From Candidatus Saccharimonadota bacterium (lineage in GTDB: Bacteria > Pseudomonadota > Gammaproteobacteria > Enterobacterales > Enterobacteriaceae), in assembly GCF_900128735.1 (NCBI RefSeq), contig NZ_LT667504.1, positions 1 to 8,214 on the forward strand: a stretch of DNA of 8,214 nt. Reading direction: 5' to 3'. Below the pieces are notes generated by a model, which did not search any database, had not been told where the DNA came from, and saw only the letters and a program-made list of their open reading frames with translations. This document shows positions 1-6,666 of this stretch, one piece after another (the first letter of the stretch is position 1; the number at the start of each line of letters is the position of its first letter). The position numbers and the translations under genes were made by a program.

Positions 1-98
1 TAATTTTTCTTAAAAAGAAAATAATTATATAAATTTTTTTTATCTTTTATAAAAAATATTTTTTTAAGTTTGATAAATTTATTTCAGGTATATATATG

Positions 99-127
99 CG
101 TCTTAAAATAAAAAGAATTTTAAGACG
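99..127. repeat. Perfect 10-bp inverted repeat (hairpin). It could be a distal terminator for leuA if the molecule is circular.
   Basis: cgtcttaaaa (99-108) is the exact reverse complement of ttttaagacg (118-127), with a 9-nt loop taaaaagaa. It is one of the few G/C-containing spots in the 1-424 spacer. The downstream tail gttaaaatattta is only weakly T-rich, so terminator function is uncertain. Confidence 0.35.
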
Positions 128-424
128 GTTAAAATATTTATATCAAGATAAGAGAAGAATATATATTTTTATTAAATAAAATATTTTTCTAAAAAAACAA
201 ATAATTTTTCAAAAAAAAGATGATATAATTAATATACTAGCATTCAAAATCATTAAAGCTATTTATGTAAATTAAAAAAAAATTTAATGGTCATAACATT
301 TTTTTTATATAGAAAAATTTATTTTATTTAAAAAAAATTTTTTTTAGAAAAAATTTCAAAAAATTTTACTTTTATTGGTTAATAACGATAAAATCCCCAT
401 TTACATTTAGGTATAAAATAAAAA

Positions 425-1987
425 ATGCAGCAGAATAAAATTCTAAGATATATGATAGAAGAATCTAAATACCAAGACAATCCAACAGAAGTATTTTATC
501 GTTTATGTCATAATAAATCGAACACCTTACTATTAGAATCTTCAACGGTAATCGATAAAAAAGCAGTAGAAAGCATGATGATTGTTGATAGTGCTTTACG
601 TATTACTGCTCGTAATAACTGTGTCTCCATTACCGCTCTTACAAATAATGGAAAATTTTTATTAATTATGCTTGATAATATTTTTCCAAGAAATATTCAA
701 GTAATTTCTACTCCTGCTCAACGAAAAATTATTTTTCCTTATTATTCTATTCCTGTAGATGAAGAAAAAAAATTAATGTTGCACTCTGTTTTTGATATTT
801 TTCGTTTTATTATCAAATCAATCAGTTCCTATGAGCAAAAAAAAACAATATTTTTTGGAGGTTTATTTTCATACGATCTAATTAATTCATTTGAAATTTT
901 ACCGCTCGTAGAAAAAAAACATCATTGTCCAGATTTTTGTTTTTACTTAGCAGAAAATCTAGTGCTAATTAATCACAAAAAAAAAACTACCACGATTCAA
1001 ACTAATATCTTTACAAGTAATGCGTATGAGTACATCCGGTTAAAAAACAGAATGCTATCTATACAAAAAAGATTAAATTCTGAAATTAAAACTATGCCTT
1101 CCGTACCAATTCATAATATGAAAGTAACATATGATATTCATGATATGGAATATGCGCAAGTTATCAAAAAAATGAAAAAATTTATTACTCAAGGCGATAT
1201 CTTCCAAGTTGTACCTTCTCGTAAATTTTATTTGCCTTGCACACATTCTTTATCAGCCTATCATGCATTAAAACAGAATAATCCAAGTCCTTATATGTTT
1301 TTTATGCAAGATATACACTTTCAGCTTTTTGGAGCGTCGCCAGAAAGTTATTTAAAATATAATCCAAAAAATAGAATTGTTGAAATCCATCCTATAGCTG
1401 GAACACGTTCACGAGGAAAAAACAAAGACGGATCAATTAATTTAGATTTAGATAATCGTATTGAATTATCGTTACGTACGAACCAAAAAGAACTATCTGA
1501 ACATTTGATGTTAGTAGATTTGGCTCGTAATGATTTAGCTAAAGTATGTAGCACTGGTAGCAGATATGTATCTCAGTTAATGAAAGTAGAAAAATATTCA
1601 CATGTTATGCATTTAGTATCGAATGTTATAGGCACTCTTAGTGAAGATTTAGATATATTTCATGCTTATCAATCATGCATGAATATGGGAACTTTAACAG
1701 GCGCCCCGAAAATACGTGCTATGCAACTAATTGCGCAAATAGAAAAAAATTCTAGAGGTAGTTATGGAGGATCAATTGGATATTTTACTGGAGAAGAACT
1801 TTTTGATATGTGTATTATTATACGATCTGCGTATGTCGAAAATAATATAGCAACTGTACAAACTGGAGCTGGAATTGTATTAGATTCTATTCCTTTCGAA
1901 GAAATACAGGAAAGCAAAAATAAAGCCTATGCTGTACTTCTTTCTATTTTTCAATCTCATCACGCAAAAGGAACGCTATATGTCTAA
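425..1987 (+). CDS. trpE: Anthranilate synthase component I (TrpE)
   Basis: The 520-aa ORF is collinear from N to C terminus with enterobacterial TrpE. Motifs present: TLLLESS, CPDFCFYLAE, GDIFQVVPSR, NPSPYMFFMQ, PIAGTRSRG, LSEHLMLVDLARNDL, MNMGTLTGAPK, GSYGGSIGYF, IIRSA. Start ATG at 425, stop TAA at 1985-1987. Confidence 0.95.
   Translation: MQQNKILRYMIEESKYQDNPTEVFYRLCHNKSNTLLLESSTVIDKKAVESMMIVDSALRITARNNCVSITALTNNGKFLLIMLDNIFPRNIQVISTPAQRKIIFPYYSIPVDEEKKLMLHSVFDIFRFIIKSISSYEQKKTIFFGGLFSYDLINSFEILPLVEKKHHCPDFCFYLAENLVLINHKKKTTTIQTNIFTSNAYEYIRLKNRMLSIQKRLNSEIKTMPSVPIHNMKVTYDIHDMEYAQVIKKMKKFITQGDIFQVVPSRKFYLPCTHSLSAYHALKQNNPSPYMFFMQDIHFQLFGASPESYLKYNPKNRIVEIHPIAGTRSRGKNKDGSINLDLDNRIELSLRTNQKELSEHLMLVDLARNDLAKVCSTGSRYVSQLMKVEKYSHVMHLVSNVIGTLSEDLDIFHAYQSCMNMGTLTGAPKIRAMQLIAQIEKNSRGSYGGSIGYFTGEELFDMCIIIRSAYVENNIATVQTGAGIVLDSIPFEEIQESKNKAYAVLLSIFQSHHAKGTLYV
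1968..1972 (+). promoter_or_regulatory. Shine-Dalgarno-like site for trpG, lying inside the 3' end of trpE
   Basis: aagga at 1968-1972 lies 7 nt upstream of the ATG at 1980. Confidence 0.5.
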
Positions 1988-2564
1988 TATACTCTTACTA
2001 GATAATTTTGATTCTTTTACATATAATTTAGTTGATATATTAAGATCATTTGGGCAAAATGTATTAATCTATCGAAATAATTCCAAAGTCTATGATCTTA
2101 TGACCGCTCTAGCATATATGGAAGATCCAATTTTTGTTATTTCACCAGGACCGGGAACCCCAAATAATGCAGGTTGTTTATTAGAAATGATTCATCAGTT
2201 AAAAGGAAAAATTCCAATTTTGGGTATTTGTTTAGGTCATCAAGCAATTGTACAAGCATACGGAGGACATATATATCATGCCGCTAATATCATGCACGGA
2301 AAATCCTCAAATATCACTCATGACGAAAAAGATATGTTTCAAAATTTACCTAATCCGCTTGCTGTAGCGCGATACCATTCATTATTATGTAAATCTATAC
2401 CAAAAAATTTATGTATTAATGCTCACTTTAAGACAATGGTTATGGCTGTTAAAGAGCCGATCGATCGAATATGTGGATTACAATTTCATCCAGAATCTAT
2501 TTTAACTCCTAACGGAATTGAACTAATGCATAATATTTTACTTTGGTTAAGAAAAATTATTTAA
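1980..2564 (+). CDS. trpG: Anthranilate synthase component II (glutamine amidotransferase, TrpG)
   Basis: The 194-aa product begins MSNILLLDNFDSFTYNLVD, a typical TrpG/PabA N-terminus. The triad context is present: PILGICLGHQAI (nucleophile Cys) and LQFHPES (His/Glu). I place the start at ATG 1980 rather than the ORF-track ATG 1929. The 17 extra residues (MLYFFLFFNLITQKERY) have no TrpG counterpart, lie inside trpE, and lack the SD that precedes 1980. The gene overlaps the trpE stop by 8 nt (ATGTCTAA). Confidence 0.93.
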   Translation: MSNILLLDNFDSFTYNLVDILRSFGQNVLIYRNNSKVYDLMTALAYMEDPIFVISPGPGTPNNAGCLLEMIHQLKGKIPILGICLGHQAIVQAYGGHIYHAANIMHGKSSNITHDEKDMFQNLPNPLAVARYHSLLCKSIPKNLCINAHFKTMVMAVKEPIDRICGLQFHPESILTPNGIELMHNILLWLRKII

Positions 2565-2699
2565 AACAGTTTTAAATAAAATAGGATCAAGACAAGCAGA
2601 TGAATTGCCCTCTAGTAGACCAAATGAAATGCGTTTAATTTTTAAAAAAAATGAAAATAAAAAAGAATTTTTAAAAAACCTAGAAATACGAAAGGCAAT

Positions 2700-3000
2700 A
2701 GATCAATAAAATACATCAAACATCATCAGAAACAGTGTTTCAATCATCATATACGGACGATTCCGGTTCAAATCGTATATTCCTCCTTCCCATCTCTCTT
2801 TGCGAGCCATAACGATCATTTTAGAAGATGGAAAAAAAATTATGCGGCGAGAGTTTTTTTTGGGATACTCCGCCATTTTTTTTTTAAACACTTCTCTTCA
2901 CCATGAATCATCCAAATTATAAAAAATTTTTCAACAACTGCAGTTTTTTGATACGCTAATATTCCCGAAATATTATTTAATATCTGGAGTCGGGTACCAT
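2700..3000. other. GC-elevated, hairpin-dense non-coding island. It may be a structured RNA or 3'UTR, a replication-control region, or a decayed gene relic.
   Basis: G/C content is locally much higher than in the flanking spacer. Stem-loops can be drawn at 2749-2780, 2790-2831, 2846-2874 and 2964-2994. There is a 10-bp palindrome aactgcagtt at 2936-2945. Both strands are unusually stop-free, but no frame gives a protein I recognise. Confidence 0.3.
2846..2885 (+). terminator. Rho-independent terminator candidate, probably the end of the trpEG transcript
   Basis: The stem is ggcg-a-gag (2846-2853) paired with ctccgcc (2868-2874): 7 bp, 6 of them G:C, with one bulged A. The loop is T8+gggata. 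The stem is followed immediately by A plus T10 (2875-2885). On the minus strand the same stem is followed by gcataa+T8, which is a weaker signal. Confidence 0.55.
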
Positions 3001-3159
3001 ACAAGAAAAAATTGATTTTTTTTGTTTTTGATCCTTTTGATAACATGTCTTTTTAAAATTACATTTTTCTTCACAAATTCAGGTTATATAAAATATAAAA
3101 AACAAAACAAATCCTTTTTTTATACTATGCAATTAAGATGTAAGAAATGTATTCTTAAG

Positions 3160-3191
3160 CCGTATTTTTTTTTAAAAAATTCGGTTTTTTT
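3160..3191 (+). terminator. Weak terminator-like hairpin plus T7 tract upstream of leuB
   Basis: ccg-t-atttttt (3160-3170) pairs with aaaaaat-t-cgg (3174-3184): 10 bp with one T.T mismatch and three G:C pairs at the base. A T7 run follows directly (3185-3191). The stem is mostly A:T, so stability is doubtful. Confidence 0.3.
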
Positions 3192-3279
3192 ATTTCTTTT
3201 AATAAATTTATTAAAAATAATTTTCAAAATAATTACTTACTTTTTTTAAAAAAACATTTATTTTATGAAATAATAGATG

Positions 3280-3285
3280 TATAAT
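3280..3285 (+). promoter_or_regulatory. Candidate -10 hexamer for a leuB(CD) promoter
   Basis: A perfect TATAAT lies at 3280-3285, 38 nt upstream of the leuB start. The best -35 at 17-nt spacing is only tttatt (3257-3262). A TATAAT-like hexamer is expected by chance in DNA this AT-rich. Confidence 0.25.
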
Positions 3286-3323
3286 TTTTTTATTAATAAA
3301 AAATTCTTATACTGGAAAAATTA

Positions 3324-4424
3324 GTGAAAAAAAAATATGAACTAGCCATCCTCCCAGGGGATGGAATAGGTCCAGAAGTAATGTTACAAATTTATAAAAT
3401 TTTAAATATAATAAACGCGAACTATACCGTGCAAATTCATTTTCATGAATATGATATTGGTGGTATTGCATTTGATAAATATGGGACTGCGTTACCTCAG
3501 AAAACATTAGATGGATGTAAAAAATCTCATGCAATTCTTTTTGGTTCTGTTGGCGGTCCTCAATGGACTTCTTTACCTGCCAATCTTCAACCTGAGAGAG
3601 GCAGTTTACTACCATTAAGAAAATTTTTTAATCTTTTTATTAATATCAGACCAGCAAAATTATATAAAATGTTAGAAAATTTTTCTCCATTAAAGAAAAA
3701 TATAGTTAAGAAGGGTATTGATATTTTGTGTGTTCGAGAATTAATTGGAGGAATTTATTTTGGTTTACCTAAAGGAAGAAAAGGAAAAAATTTAAAACAT
3801 TCTATAGCATTTGACACAGAAGTTTACTCTACTTATGAAATAGAAAGAATTGCAAAAATAGCTTTTCAGCTAGCTTTAAAAAGAAAAAAAATAGTGAGTT
3901 CTATAGATAAAGCTAATGTTTTAGAAAGTTCTATTTTATGGCGAGAAGTAGTTACCCATGTTTCTAAAAAATTTCCGACTGTTCAAGTAAATCATTTATA
4001 TATTGATAATGCAACCATGCAATTAATTAAATCTCCTCATTTATTTGATGTTTTACTGTGTTCCAATTTATTTGGAGATATTATATCTGATGAATGTGCT
4101 ATGCTAACTGGATCTATTGGTATGCTACCTTCAGCTAGCTTAAATGAAAATTTTTTTGGTTTATATGAACCAGCCGGAGGTTCTGCACCTGATTTAAAAG
4201 GAAAAAATATAGCAAATCCAATAGCTCAAATTCTTTCTTTAGCAATGTTACTCCGTTATTCGTTAAAATTAAATTCGATAGCTAATCTTATTGAATCCGC
4301 GGTAGTTAAAGTATTACAAAAAGGATATAGAACATTTGATATTACTGACAATAAAAAATACATTACAACAGATGAGATGGGTACAAAAATTTCAGAAAAA
4401 TTACTTAAGATGATAAAAAAATGA
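3324..4424 (+). CDS. leuB: 3-isopropylmalate dehydrogenase (LeuB)
   Basis: The 366-aa product is collinear with E. coli LeuB. Motifs present: [118 protein letters not shown]. The start is GTG at 3324 ([14 protein letters not shown] vs E. coli MSKNYHIAVLPGDG), and there is no in-frame ATG nearby. Stop TGA at 4422-4424. Confidence 0.93.
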   Translation: MKKKYELAILPGDGIGPEVMLQIYKILNIINANYTVQIHFHEYDIGGIAFDKYGTALPQKTLDGCKKSHAILFGSVGGPQWTSLPANLQPERGSLLPLRKFFNLFINIRPAKLYKMLENFSPLKKNIVKKGIDILCVRELIGGIYFGLPKGRKGKNLKHSIAFDTEVYSTYEIERIAKIAFQLALKRKKIVSSIDKANVLESSILWREVVTHVSKKFPTVQVNHLYIDNATMQLIKSPHLFDVLLCSNLFGDIISDECAMLTGSIGMLPSASLNENFFGLYEPAGGSAPDLKGKNIANPIAQILSLAMLLRYSLKLNSIANLIESAVVKVLQKGYRTFDITDNKKYITTDEMGTKISEKLLKMIKK

Positions 4425-5812
4425 AAAAAACATTATACCAAAAAATTTTTGATCAGCACATTGTCTACGAAAAAAATTATGAACCGCCTCTTATTTATAT
4501 TGATTTACATTTAATTCATGAAGTTACATCTCCGCAAGCATTTGAAGGTTTACGTATTAAAAATAGAACATTAAGACGTCCTAATAAAACTTTTGCTACT
4601 ATGGATCATAATGTACCAACTATATCTCGGAATATGAATCACGCTAGTCCAATGGCTAAAATACAAATGGAAACTTTAACTAAAAACTGTAAAAATTTTC
4701 ATATTCCCTTATTTGATCTGCATAATCAAAATCAAGGAATCGTACATGTAATTGGCCCAGAACAAGGTATGACGTTACCTGGTATGACCATTGTTTGTGG
4801 TGATTCCCATACTTCTACTCATGGGGCATTTGGGGCTTTAGCTTTTGGTATCGGTACCTCAGAAGTAGAACATGTTTTTGCAACACAGACATTAAGACAA
4901 GAAAGAATGAAAAACATGAAAATTTTCATTTTTGGAAAAAAAAATAATAATATTTTTGCTAAAGATATTATCTTATATATTATCAAAAAAATAGGAACAT
5001 CAGGTGGTACCGGATATGTAGTTGAATTTACAGGTCCTATAATAAAAAATATGAGTATGGAAGAAAGAATGACAATATGTAATATGGCTATTGAACTCGG
5101 AGCGAAATCTGGCATTATTCAACCGGATTCAAATACATTTACATATTTAAAAAACAAAAATTTTACTCCTAAAAGTAATTCTTGGAATAAATATACTAAT
5201 TATTGGCGCTCTTTAAAATCAGATGATCAAGCTTATTTTGAGAAAAATATTTCAATTAATATTTCTAATATAAAACCTCAAGTAACATGGGGTACAAATC
5301 CTTCTCAGGTTATTTCAATAAAAGAAAAAATACCAAAAATTAATACATTAAAAACTGAAATAGAAAAAGAAGATGCTCGAAAAGCGCTAGAATATATGGG
5401 CTTAAAACAAAATTCTAGTCTAATAAATACTCCAGTAAATAAAGTTTTTATTGGTTCTTGTACCAATTCACGAATTGAAGATTTACGTGTAGTTGCAGAT
5501 GTTGTAAAGAATAAAAAAATTTCTAAAAATATAGAAGCAATTATTGTACCGGGATCTGAATTAGTGAAGAAGCAAGCTGAAAAAGAAGGATTGGACAAAA
5601 TATTTGTAAAATCAGGCTTTCAATGGCGTCATTCTGGATGTTCCATGTGTTTAGGTATGAATAATGATCAACTTAAACCATATGAAAGATGCGCATCTAC
5701 TAGTAACAGAAATTTTGAAGGTCGACAAGGAAAAAATGGGCGAACACATCTAGTAAGTCCATGGATGGCAGCTAATATTGCATTATATGGAAAATTTGTC
5801 GATATTAATTAA
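4421..5812 (+). CDS. leuC: 3-isopropylmalate dehydratase large subunit (LeuC)
   Basis: The 463-aa product is collinear with E. coli LeuC. Motifs present: [66 protein letters not shown], and the Fe-S cluster Cys contexts [12 protein letters not shown] and [11 protein letters not shown]. The end of the protein carries [14 protein letters not shown]. The start ATG at 4421 overlaps the leuB stop (ATGA). Confidence 0.95.
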   Translation: MKKTLYQKIFDQHIVYEKNYEPPLIYIDLHLIHEVTSPQAFEGLRIKNRTLRRPNKTFATMDHNVPTISRNMNHASPMAKIQMETLTKNCKNFHIPLFDLHNQNQGIVHVIGPEQGMTLPGMTIVCGDSHTSTHGAFGALAFGIGTSEVEHVFATQTLRQERMKNMKIFIFGKKNNNIFAKDIILYIIKKIGTSGGTGYVVEFTGPIIKNMSMEERMTICNMAIELGAKSGIIQPDSNTFTYLKNKNFTPKSNSWNKYTNYWRSLKSDDQAYFEKNISINISNIKPQVTWGTNPSQVISIKEKIPKINTLKTEIEKEDARKALEYMGLKQNSSLINTPVNKVFIGSCTNSRIEDLRVVADVVKNKKISKNIEAIIVPGSELVKKQAEKEGLDKIFVKSGFQWRHSGCSMCLGMNNDQLKPYERCASTSNRNFEGRQGKNGRTHLVSPWMAANIALYGKFVDIN

Positions 5813-5853
5813 CAATTAAAATAACTGGAAAAAATTTTACACGATAAAATAAT

Positions 5854-6465
5854 ATGAAAAAATTTATAAAACATAGTGGTAAGATTGTACCAATAGCTGC
5901 CTCAAATATAGATACAGATATTATTATTCCTAAACAATTTTTACAAAAAATTAATAAAATTGGATTTGGTAAATATCTATTTTATAATTGGAGATTTTTA
6001 GATTTAGAAGGAAAAATAAAAAATAAAAAGTTTATTTTAAATAATAAAATTTATAAAAATTCTAGTATCTTATTAACTCGAAAGAATTTTGGTTGCGGTT
6101 CTTCACGAGAACATGCGGTATGGGCATTAATGGATTATGGTTTTAAAGTGATTATAGCTAATAGTTTTTCAGATATTTTTTATAATAATAGTTTAAGTAA
6201 TCGTTTATTATTAATTACTTTATCTGAAAAAATTATTGATATGTTATTTGCGATAATAAACGAAAAAAAAAATATTATAGGACATATTGATTTATTACAG
6301 AAAAAAATTATTATTGAAAAAAAAATTATTAGTTTTAATATGAGTAAACCACAAATCAGGTCAGTTATTTCTGGATTAGACCAAATAGATGAAACAATGT
6401 TATACAATAAAAAAATTAATTCTTATGAAAATAATCAATATCCAGAATTTATAAAATATTTTTAA
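5854..6465 (+). CDS. leuD: 3-isopropylmalate dehydratase small subunit (LeuD)
   Basis: The 203-aa product begins MKKFIKHSGKIVPI (E. coli MAEKFIKHTGLVVPL). Motifs present: DTDIIIPKQFLQK, NFGCGSSREHAVWALMDYGFKVIIANSFSDIFYNNS. Stop TAA at 6463-6465. Confidence 0.93.
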   Translation: MKKFIKHSGKIVPIAASNIDTDIIIPKQFLQKINKIGFGKYLFYNWRFLDLEGKIKNKKFILNNKIYKNSSILLTRKNFGCGSSREHAVWALMDYGFKVIIANSFSDIFYNNSLSNRLLLITLSEKIIDMLFAIINEKKNIIGHIDLLQKKIIIEKKIISFNMSKPQIRSVISGLDQIDETMLYNKKINSYENNQYPEFIKYF

Positions 6466-6651
6466 ATTCTAATATTAAGATCGTTCTACTATAACAAATC
6501 GTTTCTAGTTATATTTCTTTATATTTTTAATATATTTTTCAATTTTTTATATCTGTAAAATTTTTTAAATTTTTTAGATAAAAATTTAATTATAAAATTT
6601 ATTAAAAAATTTAAATAAATTTTTAAACGTATCTTACTAAATTTTATCTAC

Positions 6652-6656
6652 AAGGA
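6652..6656 (+). promoter_or_regulatory. Shine-Dalgarno site for leuA
   Basis: aagga at 6652-6656 lies 10 nt upstream of the ATG at 6667. It is the only purine-rich G-containing motif in the distal part of the spacer. Confidence 0.5.
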
Positions 6657-6666
6657 ATTCTGTTTT

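Noticed and set aside
83-127. Motifs shared between the two spacers that flank trpEG. ttcaggtatata (83-94) resembles ttcaggttatata (3078-3090), and ttaagacgg (120-128) resembles ttaagccg (3155-3162). These could be recombination scars or duplicated signals.
   Set aside because: Only about 7 nt of exact identity contains G/C and the rest is A/T filler. The matches have different spacing and are not statistically convincing without comparative data.
246-273. A Xer/dif- or cer-like site. ttatgtaaatt (263-273) matches the XerD arm TTATGTTAAAT at 9 of 11 positions.
   Set aside because: The corresponding left arm (aaaatcattaa vs GGTGCGCATAA) matches only about 3 of 11 positions. The right arm is AT-rich and therefore expected by chance.
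287-331. A 14-codon ORF (MVITFFLYRKIYFI) upstream of trpE, considered as a possible trpL-like leader peptide.
   Set aside because: It has no Trp codons, no SD, and no alternative hairpins downstream.
296-370. AnTn tracts upstream of trpE (A8T8 at 330-345, A6T3 at 348-356, A6T4 at 358-367), considered as phased bent DNA or an unwinding element.
   Set aside because: The tract starts (313, 330, 348, 358) are not in a consistent ~10.5-bp phase. Similar tracts occur in every spacer here. Bending cannot be established by eye.
1-424. DnaA boxes or an oriC-like origin in the spacers. I also checked 2565-3323 and 6466-6666.
   Set aside because: The best matches to TTATCCACA/TGTGGATAA are ttcttcaca (3067-3075, one mismatch) and several 6/9 matches ending in gataa. 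tgtggatta at about 2464-2472 is inside trpG. There is no cluster and no exact box. These matches cannot be distinguished from chance in this composition.
1929-1979. The upstream ATG at 1929 as the trpG start (the 211-aa version in the ORF track).
   Set aside because: The extension MLYFFLFFNLITQKERY has no counterpart in TrpG/PabA proteins and lies within trpE. The ATG at 1980 has an SD and gives the canonical MSNILLLDNFDSFTYN N-terminus.
2762-2778. The string ccggttcaaatcg resembles a tRNA T-loop (GGTTCGAATCC).
   Set aside because: The flanking 5-mers tccgg and cgtat are not complementary, so no T-stem forms. I could not build an acceptor or anticodon arm around it.
2781-2790. tcctccttcc reads as ggaaggagga on the minus strand, a strong SD-like motif. 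It is also vaguely reminiscent of a 16S 3' end.
   Set aside because: On the minus strand the only start at suitable spacing is a TTG that opens a 22-codon tail of the 62-aa ORF. On the + strand it does not match the GATCACCTCCTTA context, and there is no rRNA sequence around it.
3022-3249. A 75-aa + strand ORF with a TTG start. It has two hydrophobic segments flanking a basic CKKC loop, so it could be read as a small membrane protein upstream of leuB.
   Set aside because: It uses a non-ATG start with no SD. The sequence is what translation of T-rich spacer produces (F/L/I/K). It runs through terminator-like hairpins at 3141-3191. I see no similarity to YqhA or any other family. Only conservation of the frame in relatives would revive it.
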